Positions 1-11,915 of a stretch of 64,000 nt of DNA are shown here, piece after piece. The position numbers and the translations under genes are program-made. This DNA comes from Eledone cirrhosa (Eukaryota). The notes beneath the pieces were generated by a model. It saw only the letters and a program-made list of their open reading frames with translations. It did no database searches and had not been told where the DNA came from. How positions within the stretch are numbered: position 1 is the stretch's first letter; every line of letters starts with the position of its first letter. The stretch spans positions 125,302,001 through 125,366,000 of the forward strand of contig OZ024744.1 of NCBI GenBank assembly GCA_964016885.1, read 5' to 3'.

Positions 1-1362
1 GCGAAAGAACGTTTGTCTGGAAGTGGCGATCCATGCCCGGTGGATAGTTGGTTCCGGGTTTTACTATGATTGTTGCAAAACAGAAACTTAAAGGGATTGA
101 CAGAATTTGCCATTCCGGAGAGGGGGCGATCCGTCTGCTTGATTCCGATAACGAACGAGACATTCGTATCCGAAAGAACGTTTGTCTGGAAACTGGTGAG
201 TCAGTGAGTCGAAAAAAAAATATCTCGGTGGTAGTAGCAAATATTCGAACGAGACATTCGTATTCGAAAGAACGTTTGTCTGGAAGTTGCGATCCATGCC
301 CGGTGGATAGTTGGTTCCGGGCTTTACTATGATTGTTGCAAAACAGAAACTTAAAGGGATTGACAGAATTTGCGATTCCGGAGAGGGGGCGATCCGTCTG
401 CTTGATTTCGATAACGAACGAGACATTCGTATCCGAAAGAACGTTTGTCTGGAAACTGGTGAGTCAGTGAGTCGAAAAAAAAAATATCTCGGTGGTAGTA
501 GCAAATATTCGAACGAGACATTCGTATGCGAAAGAACGTTTGTCGGTGGTAGTAGCAAATATTCGAACGAGACATTCGTATGCGAAAGAACGTTTGTCGG
601 TGGTAGTAGCAAATATTCGAACGAGACATTCGTATGCGAAAGAACGTTTGTCTGGAAGTGGCGATCCATGCCCGGTGGATAGTTGGTTCCGGGTTTTACT
701 ATGATTGTTGCAAAACAGAAACTTAAAGGGATTGACAGAATTTGCGATTCCAGAGAGAGGGCGATCCGTCTGCTTGATTCCGATAACGAACGAGACATTC
801 GTATCCGAAAGAACGTTTGTCTGGAAACTGGTGAGTCAGTGAGTCGAAAAAAAAATATCTCGGTGGTAGTAGCAAATATTCGAACGAGACATTCGTATGC
901 GAAAGAACGTTTGTCTGGAAGTGGCGATCCATGCTCGGTGGATAGTTGGTTCCGGGTTTTACTATGATTGTTGCAAAACAGAAACTTAAAGGGATTGACA
1001 GAATTTGCGATTCCGGAGAGGGGGCGATCCGTCTGCTTGATTCCGATAACGAACGAGACATTCGTATCCGAAAGAACGTTTGTCTGGAAACTGGTGAGTC
1101 AGTGAGTCGAAAAAAAAATATCTCGGTGGTAGTAGCAAATATTCGTATGCGAAAGAAAAGATCTCGGTGGTAGTAGCAAATATTCGAACGAGACATTCGT
1201 ATGCGAAAGAAAAATATCTCGGTGGTAGTAGCAAATATTCGAACGAGACATTCGTATTCGAAAGAACGTTTGTCTGGAAGTTGCGATCCATGCCCGGTGG
1301 ATAGTTGGTTCCGGGCTTTACTATGATTGTTGCAAAACAGAAACTTAAAGGAATTGACAGAA
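1..1362 (+). repeat. rRNA-derived mosaic satellite (263-bp monomer plus variable 54-bp subrepeats), right end of array copy 1
   Basis: Monomer starts at 48, 311, 683, 946 (base period 263). Contains 18S-like motifs (GATTCCGGAGAGGG, TTCCGATAACGAACGAGAC, GAAACTTAAAGG(A/G)ATTGAC) and a 28S-like motif (ATCTCGGTGGTAGTAGCAAATATTC). Appears identical to 37519-38880. Confidence 0.9.
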
Positions 1363-1392
1363 TTTTCGAATCGACATCAACTCGGCTACGGC

Positions 1393-1740
1393 TATCCCGT
1401 CGAGTACGAGAGTATCGCGGGATCAGAGCAACGGTTTGCTAGGCTGCCTCTGAGCGATAACGGCTGAACGCCTCCTCTAAGCCGGAACCCTAGCCGGACC
1501 CGAGTTGTTTTTCGACAAGCGTCTCGACCTTCTTAAGGCCCATGCCTTAGTTTGGCGATTGCCGTCCGTTCGCCGACGGCGGCAGCGTCAGCGGAAATGC
1601 CATTCTGTGACGACTACGACGATTCGTCGTCGTCGTCGTCCATTCGATTTCCTGAAAGAGATAGAGACTAAAGTGATCAAATTGTTCGGAGTTACGTGCT
1701 TAGTAGAGCAGCTACCACACTGCAATCTATTGAGAGTTTT
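1393..1740 (+). pseudogene. Divergent, deleted 28S rRNA 3'-terminal region (copy 1)
   Basis: AGTACGAGAG (sarcin-ricin loop, 1403-1412), GGCTGAACGCCTC..TAAG, CATTCTGTGACGACT and GTAGAGCAGCTACC..CTGCAATCTATTGAGAG match conserved eukaryotic LSU 3'-end motifs in the expected order. Confidence 0.85.
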
Positions 1741-2364
1741 CTGACGAACGATACAATCCGCCCACGTGGCGCCAGAAAGGGAGAAGAAAAGAAAAGTTAG
1801 ACGCCGCCGATCGATCGGTTCGTTGTTTTACGTGTACACAGCTTGTGTGTGTGTCTGTATGTGATACAAGCCGCCTATCCGTCTTCCAAGTAAGTTTTGT
1901 GTGTAGACTGCGGAAAGAAATCCAATCCGCCGTCTAGGCGGTTCTGCCGCCGACCCATACTTTTGCGAGTCGCTCCCGGGAAAGACAGGCGGCAAGACGG
2001 CGTGTATACACGACGCCTTCCGTCTTCCGCCTCGAACCCGGGCAAACGTTCCTTTATTCGTCCACGCCTTCCCGCTTCGATCGCGAGAAAGTAATCAATC
2101 TGTTTTGTGTGTGTGTCTGTGTGTGATACAAATTTGTTTTCTTAATTTGATAACCATGAATTGTTTCAACACCGGCCCTTTTAAGGGCCACTTATATTTT
2201 CAATAATCAGTTTAAATGGGTTGCACCGTAGCCACTTGGTAATACACTGCAAATCTCCCGTCAATCTATGAAGGTTTTGTAGTAGATTAGATCAAAACAC
2301 AATCAGCAAGACAGTAATGGAATGAATAATATAAACATTTGTTTATAATTAAAGCCTTAAGATG

Positions 2365-2422
2365 TCCCTCCCTCCCTCCCTTCCTCCCTTCCTTCCTTCC
2401 TTCCTTCCTTCCTTCCTTCCTT
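2365..2422. repeat. (TTCC/CTCC)n microsatellite
   Basis: Directly visible; paralog at ~39873-39926. Confidence 0.9.
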
Positions 2423-2623
2423 ACGATATACACTTTAATAACATTGAAACTTATTTAATAAGTTTAAATTTTAAACACTTTTTATTCAGACGTACCGCGA
2501 TAAGTAACTAGATATGTTCTAACGAATAATCCGCGATGTGGCGAGGATTACCGCGATAGGAAATTAGATACGTTCCAAAGAAATATCCGCGAAAAGTGAA
2601 CCGCGATATAGCGGGTTCACCAG

Positions 2624-2686
2624 CCAGTGTATTACTGGTACTTTATTTTATCGACCCCCATAAGGATGAAAGGCAAAGTTAACTGT
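2624..2686 (-). mobile_element. SINE fragment (Nin-domain-like core)
   Basis: Reverse complement of AACTTTGCCTTTCATCCTT..GGGGTCGATAAA..GTACCAGT, the same core as 15966-16080. Confidence 0.75.
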
Positions 2687-2786
2687 GCAATAACAAAGGG
2701 AGATAACCTCGTCTTTTTTTTTTTACGGAGTTATTTCCCTTTAAATTTTATCTATTACTTATGATGATACAATTTAATCAGTTCTT

Positions 2787-2910
2787 AGCTGTCGAGACAC
2801 TGCATCCTTTAAAACCTCCATGGAACAAGCTACCTGCAACAGTTGTTAGCTGTCGAGACACTGCATCTTTTAAAACCTCCATGGAACAAACTACCTGCAT
2901 CAGTTGTTAG
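2787..2910 (+). mobile_element. Tandemly duplicated ~62-bp CR1 ORF2 3'-end fragment
   Basis: Encodes WNKLPATVVSCRDTASFKT, matching the C-terminus of the 921-aa ORF at 18674-21439. Confidence 0.8.
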
Positions 2911-2968
2911 GGTCTGAGTTCAAATCACGCCGAGGAGGTTAACTTTGCCTTTCATCCTTACGGGGTCG
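2911..2968 (+). mobile_element. SINE fragment
   Basis: GGTCTGAGTTCAAATCACGCCGAGG..AACTTTGCCTTTCATCCTTACGGGGTCG; B-box-like GTTCAAATC. Confidence 0.75.
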
Positions 2969-3178
2969 GTCGGAAAACGAACCATTCCCGGTTCGCTTTC
3001 GAAGCGGGTTTCCGAAAACAGCGCTTCTCTCGACCGGGCCCGTCGTCCGCTCGGCGGTGGTTTTCATCGTCCCAGGCACGGCTAACAGGCGGAGACGGGA
3101 CAAACGCGCGTGTTCCTTTTTTTATCAGCCGCAGCGCCGTTCGTATATATGCTTAGGTTGTTTTTTTTTAAAATATCC

Positions 3179-3410
3179 TAAGTTAAGTTGGGGCTAAGTT
3201 AAGTTGGGGCTAAGTTAAGTTGAGGTTAAGTTGAGTTGGGGTTAAGTTAAGTGGGGGTTAAGTTAAGCTGGGGTTAAGTTAAGTTGAGGTTAAGTTAAGT
3301 TGGGGTTAAGTCAAGTTGGGGTTAAGTTAAGTTGGGGTTAAGTTAGGTTGGGGTTAAGTTAGGTTGGGGTTAAGTTAAGTTGGGGTTAAGTTAGGTTGCG
3401 GTTAAGTTAC
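3179..3410 (+). repeat. G-rich degenerate telomere-like repeat (TTAAG/TTAGG/TTGGGG, ~16-bp unit GTTAAGTTAAGTTGGG)
   Basis: Directly visible; paralog at 40683-40914. Confidence 0.8.
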
Positions 3411-6400
3411 ATTCGCCGGCGGACTTCAGCTTCCTCATTTAGCATGGGCAGTTTTTCTTGAAAATCACACCACACACAGCAAATGTGTGTCCGCACATGT
3501 ACCAGTAATTACAGATCGATTCCGGTGAAAATTCACTGAAAACGGGCCATCCGGCCCTGTGCGTCGATCGTGGGCCGGCCGGATGTTGACGGATCGATGT
3601 GTAATTAGAAGTACATGTGCGGACACTCATTGGCTGTGCGTGGTATGCATTTCAGCAAGATATCTCCGTAACATCAAGAGTTATGGCTGTGGAGGCACAC
3701 CTAGTCAAACGTAAACAAGGTCTGGAGCGTTTACGCTTCGCGATTTTGTTTACGTTTGACTAGGTGTGCCTCCACAGCCACAACTCTTGATGTTACGGAG
3801 ATATCTTGCTGAAATGCATACCGCGCACAGCCAATGAGTGTCCGCACATGTACTTCTAATTACACATCGATCCGTCAACATCCGGCCGGCCCACGATCGA
3901 CGCACAGGGCCGGATGGCCCGTTTTCAGTGAATTTTCACCGGAATCGATCTGTAATTACTGGTACATGTGCGGAGACACATTTGCTGTGTGTGGTGTGAT
4001 TTTCAAGAAAAACTGCCCATGCTAAATGAGGAAGCTGAAGTCCGCCGGCGAATGGTGTGCTTCGAAGAAAACTAATTCGAAAATGACCGTTTGCAGGCGG
4101 AGTAACCTTTTCGATCGTGGGCCAGCCGCCCGTGGTGGGATCCATCTGTAATTACTGGTACATGTGCGGACATACATTTGCTGTGTGTGGTGTGATTTTC
4201 AAGAAGAACTGCCCATGCTAAATGAGGAAGCTGAAGTCCGCCGGCGAATGGTGTGCTTCGAAGAAAACTAATTCGAAAATGACCGTTTGCAGGCGGGGTA
4301 ACCTTTTCGATCGTGGGCCAGCCGCCCGTGGTGGGATCCATCTGTAATTACTGGTACATGTGCGGACACACATTTGCTGTGTGTGGTGTGATTTTCGAGA
4401 AAGACTGCCCATGCTAAATGAGGAAGCTGAAGTCCGCCGGCGAATGGTGTGCTTCGAAGAAAACTAATTCGAAAATGACTATTTGCCGGCGGAATCACCT
4501 TTTCGGTCCTGGTCCGGCCGGATGTTGCCGGATCGATCGGAAATTTGTGGACCATGTTCGGAAGGCCATTGTGCATGTGTGGTGAAAAAAATTTGTGTCG
4601 AAATCTTCTCGGAAAATAACGGATCGCCGGCGGAGATTGCCATTTCGATCGTGGGCCGGCCGGATCTTGTCGGATCGATTCGGACATATGTGCATCGTGT
4701 TCGCAAGGCCCTTGTCTATGTGTGGTGTGATTTTCATAAAGAAATTCCGAAAAACCCAGTTTTAAATCTGATTTCGCCAAAGAATTTTGGCTATCAGATC
4801 GGGTTGAAAGGTATGGTTTCAGGTCGATCTGAAAGTCTAAAATGGAATTCACTCGGTTAGCTAACTATTGATATATCGGAGATATCTTTCTGAAAATCAC
4901 ACCACACACTCCCAATGAGTGTCTGCACATGTACCAGTAATTACAGATGGATCCCACCACGGGCGGCCGGCCCACGATCGAAAAGGTTACTCCGAAGCAC
5001 ACCATTCGCCGGCGGAATTCATTTAGCATGGGCAGTTTTTCTCGAAAATCACACCACACACAGCCAATGAGTGTCCGCACATGTACCAGTAATTACAGAT
5101 GGATCCCACCACGGGCGGCTGGCCCACGATCGAAAAGGTTACTCCGCCTGCAAACGGTCATTTTCGAATTCGTTTTCTTCGAAGCACACGATTCGCCGGC
5201 GGACTTCAGCTGCCTCATTTAGCATGGGCAGTTTTTCTCGAAAATCACACCACACACAGCAAATGTGTGTCCGCACATGTACCAGTAATTACAGATCGAT
5301 TCCGGTGAAAATTCACTGAAAACGGGCCATTCGGCCCTGTGCGTCGATCGTGGGCCGGCCGGATGTTGACGGATCGATGTGTAATTAGAAGTACATGTGC
5401 GGACACTCATTGGCTGTGCGTGGTATGCATTTCAGCAAGATATCTCCGTAACATCAAGAGTTATGGCTGTGGAGGCACACCTAGTCAAACGTAAACAAGC
5501 TCTGGAGCGTATACGCTTCGTGATTTTGTTTACGTTTGACTAGGTGTGCCTCCACAGCCACAACTCTTGATGTTACGGAGATATCTTGCTGAAATGCATA
5601 CCACGCACAGCCAATGAGTGTCCGCACATGTACTTCTAATTACACATCGATCCGTCAACATCCGGCCGGCCCACGATCGACGCACAGGGCCGGATGGCCC
5701 GTTTGCAGTGAATTTTCACCGGAATCGATCTGTAATTACTGGTACATGTGCGGACACACATTTGCTGTGTGTGGTGTGATTTTCACGAAAAACTGCCCAT
5801 GCTAAATGAGGAAGCTGAAGTCCGCCGGCGAATGGTGTGCTTCGAAGAAAACTAATTCGAAAATGACCGTTTGCAGGCGGAGTAACCTTTTCGATCGTGG
5901 GCCAGCCGCCCGTGGTGGGATACATCTGTAATTACTGGTACATGTGCGGACACACATTTGCTGTGTGTGGTGTGATTTTCGAGAAAGACTGCCCATGCTA
6001 AATGAGGAAGCTGAAGTCCGCCGGCGAATGGTGTGCTTCGAAGAAAACTAATTCGAAAATGACTATTTGCCGGCGGAATCACCTTTTCGGTCCTGGTCCG
6101 GCCGGATCTTGCCGGATCGATCGGAAATTTGTGGACCATGTTCGGAAGGCCATTGTGCATGTGTGGTGAAAAAAATTTGTGTCGAAATCTTCTCGGAAAA
6201 TAACGGATCGCCGGCGGAGATTGCCATTTCGATCGTGGGCCGGCCGGATCTTGTCGGATCGATTCGGACATATGTGCATCGTGTTCGCAAGGCCCTTGTC
6301 TATGTGTGGTGTGATTTTCATAAAGAAATTCCGAAAAACCCAGTTTTAAATCTGATTTCGCCAAAGAATTTTGGCTATCAGATCGGGTTGAAAGGTATGG

Positions 6401-8625
6401 TTTCAGGTCGATCTGAAAGTCTAAAATGGAATTCACTCGGTTAGCTAACTTTTGATATATCGGAGATATCTTTCTGAAAATCACACCACACACTCCCAAT
6501 GAGTGTCTGCACATGTACCAGTAATTACAGATGGATCCCACCACGGGCGGCCGGCCCACGATCGAAAAGGTTACTCCGAAGCACACCATTCGCCGGCGGA
6601 ATTCATTTAGCATGGGCAGTTTTTCTCGAAAATCACACCACACACAGCCAATGAGTGTCCGCACATGTACCAGTAATTACAGATGGATCCCACCACGGGC
6701 GGCTGGCCCACGATCGAAAAGGTTACTCCGCCTGCAAACGGTCATTTTCGAATTCGTTTTCTTCGAAGCACACGATTCGCCGGCGGACTTCAGCTGCCTC
6801 ATTTAGCATGGGCAGTTTTTCTCGAAAATCACACCACACACAGCAAATGTGTGTCCGCACATGTACCAGTAATTACAGATCGATTCCGGTGAAAATTCAC
6901 TGAAAACGGGCCATTCGGCCCTGTGCGTCGATCGTGGGCCGGCCGGATGTTGACGGATCGATGTGTAATTAGAAGTACATGTGCGGACACTCATTGGCTG
7001 TGCGTGGTATGCATTTCAGCAAGATATCTCCGTAACATCAAGAGTTATGGCTGTGGAGGCACACCTAGTCAAACGTAAACAAGCTCTGGAGCGTATACGC
7101 TTCGCGATTTTGTTTACGTTTGACTAGGTGTGCCTCCACAGCCATAACTCTTGATGTTACGGAGATATCTTGCTGAAATGCATACCACGCACAGCCAATG
7201 AGTGTCCGCACATGTACTTCTAATTACACATCGATCCGTCAACATCCGGCCGGCCCACGATCGACGCACAGGGCCGGATGGCCCGTTTGCAGTGAATTTT
7301 CACCGGAATCGATCTGTAATTACTGGTACATGTGCGGACACACATTTGCTGTGTGTGGTGTGATTTTCGAGAAAGACTGCCCATGCTAAATGAGGAAGCT
7401 GAAGTCCGCCGGCGAATGGTGTGCTTCGAAGAAAACTAATTCGAAAATGACTATTTGCCGGCGGAATCACCTTTTCGGTCCTGGTCCGGCCGGATCTTGC
7501 CGGATCGATCGGAAATTTGTGGACCATGTTCGGAAGGCCATTGTGCATGTGTGGTGAAAAAAATTTGTGTCGAAATCTTCTCGGAAAATAACGGATCGCC
7601 GGCGGAGATTGCCATTTCGATCGTGGGCCGGCCGGATCTTGTCGGATCGATTCGGACATATGTGCATCGTGTTCGCAAGGCCCTTGTCTATGTGTGGTGT
7701 GATTTTCATAAAGAAATTCCGAAAAACCCAGTTTTAAATCTGATTTCGCCAAAGAATTTTGGCTATCAGATCGGGTTGAAAGGTATGGTTTCAGGTCGAT
7801 CTGAAAGTCTAAAATGGAATTCACTCGGTTAGCTAACTATTGATATATCGGAGATATCTTTCTGAAAATCACACCACACACTCCCAATGAGTGTCTGCAC
7901 ATGTACCAGTAATTACAGATGGATCCCACCACGGGCGGCCGGCCCACGATCGAAAAGGTTACTCCGAAGCACACCATTCGCCGGCGGAATTCATTTAGCA
8001 TGGGCAGTTTTTCTCGAAAATCACACCACACACAGCCAATGAGTGTCCGCACATGTACCAGTAATTACAGATGGATCCCACCACGGGCGGCTGGCCCACG
8101 ATCGAAAAGGTTACTCCGCCTGCAAACGGTCATTTTCGAATTAGTTTTCTTCGAAGCACACCATTCGCCGGCGGACTTCAGCTTCCTCATTTAGCATGGG
8201 CAGTTTTTCTTGAAAATCACACCACACACAGCAAATGTGTGTCCGCACATGTACCAGTAATTACAGATCGATTCCGGTGAAAATTCACTGAAAACGGGCC
8301 ATTCGGCCCTGTGCGTCGATCGTGGGCCGGCCGGATGTTGACGGATCGATGTGTAATTAGAAGTCCATGTGCGGACACTCATTGGCTGTGCGTGGTATGC
8401 ATTTCACTAAGATATCTCCGTAACATCAAGAGTTATGGCTGTGGAGGCACACCTAGTCAAACGTAAACAAGGTCTGGAGCGTTTACGCTTCGCGATTTTG
8501 TTTACGTTTGACTAGGTGTGCCTCCACAGCGACAACTCTTGATGTTACGGAGATATCTTGCTGAAATTCATACCACGCACAGCCAATGAGTGTCCGCACA
8601 TGTACCTGTAATTACACATCGATCC
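3411..8625. repeat. Palindromic higher-order satellite of ~196-bp monomers in alternating orientation (copy 1)
   Basis: Inversion centres at ~3733, 5512, 7096 and 8484, spaced 1780, 1584 and 1388 bp. The first three have near-perfect arms of ~300 bp or more; the last right arm diverges at ~8625. Mirrored ORFs occur on opposite strands (3439- and 3834+). Confidence 0.92.
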
Positions 8626-8709
8626 GACCACGGACAGAGTATTCGGTTTATTTTCTTGACATATTTCTTTACATATTGTCCAGGCATGCACTTTTTCCAT
8701 GATTAGTTC

Positions 8710-8768
8710 TGTTGACGGCCCGCTTTCCAAAATACCTTATCCTGTGCAACGCCGGGTACCACTGCTAG
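8710..8768 (+). mobile_element. Helitron-type 3' terminus
   Basis: CCTGTGCAACGCCGGG hairpin, 8 nt spacer, then CTAG (8765-8768) followed by T and (TA)n; homologous to the minus-strand end at 11851. Confidence 0.75.
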
Positions 8769-8987
8769 TATATATATGTGTATGTATATATATATATATA
8801 TATTGGTAAACGGAATAGAAAATTGTGACAAATTGTTCACAGTGAAAAATAGTTTAATTAGGAATAAGTGATAATTAGTAATAGTATTGGTTAGTATTAA
8901 GTTTTGGTTTTAAGTTTTACCGGTTGCGCATTTCTAATGCTTTTCAAAAATAATTTTGAGATAGAGCGTCCGTGATGTTTGCTCTGA

Positions 8988-9025
<38 letters not shown>

Positions 9026-9164
9026 AACAGTAGAAAGGAAAAAGATTTTTTCAGTAGAAATTGCTGAAGAGATTCTTTCAGTGTAATTTCAAAACATTAA
9101 TTTATTTATAAAGTGGATATTTCCACATTTAATAATGGCACTGGGTTCAGCATTATATACATTG

Positions 9165-9440
9165 TCAATTGTGGATTCTACTTTTGGCACAAGGGCTGCA
9201 ATTATCCAGTACATTACTGGTACTTTATTATTTATACAAATAATAATTGTTTCTACTTTTGGCACAAGGGCAGCAATTACCCAGTACATTACTGGTACTT
9301 TATTATTTATACAAATAATAATTGTTTCTACTTTAGGCACAAGGTCAGCAATTACCCAGTACATTACTGGTACTTTATTATTTATACAAATAATAATTGT
9401 TTCTACTTTAGGCACAAGGTCAGCAATTACCCCAGTACTT
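9165..9440. repeat. 78-bp minisatellite (~3.5 copies) built from SINE tail sequence
   Basis: Repeating TTGTTTCTACTTT(T/A)GGCACAAGG..CCAGTACATTACTGGTACTTTATT; 26-aa periodicity in the ORF track; runs into a minus-strand SINE core at ~9432-9500. Confidence 0.8.
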
Positions 9441-9590
9441 TATTTTATCGACCCCGTAAGGATGAAAGAAAAGTTAACCTCAACGGGATTTGAACTCAGT
9501 CTGTAAAGGGAGGTAACTGCTGGATTAATTTGGTTAATTAAGTTAACAGAAATTATGAACCGGTTTCTACAGAGCCTTCTGGACATTTAA

Positions 9591-9811
9591 CCCTTTAGCA
9601 TTTAAACCAGCCATACCTAGCCAGAATACTCTCACATCTTTCTGTTCAAACCAGCCATAACTGGCCACTCATACTGACGTTAAGGTATTGTTCTCAATAT
9701 AAATAATATCAAAATCTCATAGATTCGATATTATATGAGATAATTATGTAAGATAAAGCCTTTACCACAAAAATACAATAGTATATATAGAGTAATAAAA
9801 ATGCTAAAGGG
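9591..9811. mobile_element. piggyBac-type MITE
   Basis: TTAA|CCCTTTAGCATT ... AATGCTAAAGGG|TAAA: 12-bp terminal inverted repeats with a TTAA target. Recurs at ~13660, 48582, 58771 and partially at ~55130-55318. Confidence 0.75.
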
Positions 9812-10149
9812 TAAAAGTAGCTTATTATTTTGTGAGCTCTTGCTACTTATTGCTCTTGTGCATCAAGAACATACACAGCTTACATTTTGTTGCTAATCTC
9901 ACTGAGATCCAACTACATCTCTTGTTTATCCATAGTTTGGAATTTCTACCTACTCCTTTCCTTTAGAATGATCAAGGCCATTTTCTTGTGGGGATCTAGG
10001 CCCTGTTTTCCTTTCTATTTTGCCAAGTTATCTTACATCACTTTCATTCTAGACCATGCTTCCAGGTTTGGAATTTCTCCTCTAATTTTACCACAGATTA
10101 AGTGACAAGGGTTCAATCATGTGCATACAGGAGTTCCCATGGACAGCCA

Positions 10150-11800
10150 GTAATATGTAATAGCCTGCAGGATGATAATAAACAGAAGAGGGTTAATTAC
10201 AGAGCCCTGATAGAGGGTTAATAACAGAGCCCTGATAGACTTGTTCACTCAACTCCTCACTATAGCCATCATTACTTTTAACCTTACTGACTGCTCCTCC
10301 ATACATGGCTTTTACTGCTCTCACAAGCCACTCATATACCCCTAGTTTTCTAAGTTATACACCAGATTAGGGAAGGGGGAAGTCTCACAGAAGCTCTCTC
10401 TGGGTCAACAAATGCCAAGTAGAGGGGCTTATTTTAGCTAGGTACTACTCTTGCAGTTGCCACACAAGGAAGAGGACATCAGTGGTACTTTTACCTGGCA
10501 CAAATCCAAACTTCATCTCATCTAGGTTAACTTGGTCCCTAATCAGCTGTGTTATAAATCTAACACCTTCATGAAGTGGTCCATCTAATATCTCTATAGT
10601 TTTCTAGCTCTAGTACATCTCCTTTGCCCTTGTAGCAGTTGATGATGATGATACTACACCATTTATTTGGTATGACACCATTTTGTATTACATGCTGTAC
10701 GATACCAGTGGTTAAGATGTGACCCACCATCCCAGATACTTTCAGTATCTCAGCAACTATCACCAATGGACAAGATACTTTCTCTGTCTTCATATCCTTA
10801 ATTACCTTACTTCATATCCTTAATTACCTTACTGCTTACTTGTATGGCTGGACCCTCTGTTGGGCCCACTTTCCGTAGACTATCTTCCTCCCATGCATTC
10901 TCCTCATTCAGTAATCTTTCATAAAGGCATTTCCATGTTACAAAGGTTGGCTGAAAAGTTCATAGACTATCAATGATAGCATGATGCTAGAGCTGTGAAA
11001 TCTTGCCTGCATTAATTTCAACTCTTCTTATTAATAACTGCATTGTTTCCTTCCAGGGACTATGTTGAAAAATAAACCTCATTTGGTCATTCCATGAGTG
11101 TATCTTGGTCTGCCTATGAACTTTTCAGCTGACCCTATTCAGCATCAGTGAGCCCAAATGCCCCATTATCATCCTGGACACACTTTACCCCAACATCACA
11201 ATTTGCCCTCACACACTGCCTCACAATCCTGAACATCTCATGTATTTCATCCTCACATCATAAAACCAACTGAAATTATATATTCTCTGCTTCCCTCCTT
11301 GCAAAGAATACTTCTTGCCTAGCTTCCTGTAGTGTACCCTCCAGCTGCCTCCATTCTGCCATTATTCCATGCCTGTCTCTTGGCCTTAACTGTCTCATCT
11401 ACCCTAGTGTTTCACCACCAAGATACTCTCCTCTCTGAAGCCCTGCTCCAGCCACAGATCTAGTTTGACACCTTCAGCAAAGGTTCTTTAAGGAACTCCC
11501 ACTGTTCCCCTATATTGTATGTTTCTATTTGTTCTTCCTTACTGTTGTAAAGATCAAACAAAATATCTCTAAATTTGGAACTGGCTGAGGGGTCCTTTAA
11601 CTTCCATATCCTTCTCCTCCAAGTTGCCCTCAGTCTTCAAGTTCATCTAAGTCTATGAAATCACTAACTACTGGGTTATGTTGGGAGGTGCATTCTTCCC
11701 CAGGGGGTGGGGATTGTGTGTTTACAAATGTCAATATCTCATCTTCTGGTGAGGATAAAAATCTGACTGGCATGCTCCTCTGACCAATAGGTGTTGAAGT
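10150..11800 (-). mobile_element. Decayed RTE-clade LINE ORF (RT N-terminal region), block copy A
   Basis: Frameshifted peptide ..AEILKVSG..IPNKWCSIIIINCYKGKGDVLELENYR.. is typical of RTE reverse transcriptases. Near-identical copies at offsets +4069, +38991, +45507 and +49180. Confidence 0.8.
10941..11137. mobile_element. Tc1/mariner-type MITE nested in the RTE fragment
   Basis: TA|CAAAGGTTGGCTGAAAAGTTCATAG ... CTATGAACTTTTCAGCTGACCC|TA imperfect TIRs; present in all five block copies. Confidence 0.7.
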
Positions 11801-11850
11801 GGTTGTCGGGTAAACGTTAAGACCCTCTGATATACATATATATATATATA

Positions 11851-11915
11851 CTAGCAGTGGTACCCGGCGTTGCACGGGATAACGTATTTCGGAACGCGGG
11901 CCGCCATCTTCCACT
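11851..11915 (-). mobile_element. Helitron-type 3' terminus (copies at 50842, 57358, 61031; truncated at 15920)
   Basis: Reverse complement reads CCCGTGCAACGCCGGG-TACCACTG-CTAG followed by (TA)n. Confidence 0.75.

Noticed and set aside
300-321. CGGTGGATAGTTGGTTCC as a 5.8S rRNA 5' fragment
   Set aside because: The resemblance to 5.8S CGGTGGATC..GG.TC is too short to call without alignment, and the second half is explained by 18S GGTTCCGGG.
2490-2620. Possible Tigger/pogo-like MITE remnant (repeated CCGCGA, GTGAACCGCGATATAGCG)
   Set aside because: No matching second terminal repeat could be identified, so support is too weak.
3700-3765. Viral hairpin telomere or rolling-hairpin concatemer junction
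   Set aside because: No viral ORFs, and the spacer never appears in flipped orientation.
4268-7832. ORFs of 125-270 aa in the palindromic satellite
   Set aside because: They are mirrored on both strands, repeat-derived and have no recognisable domains.
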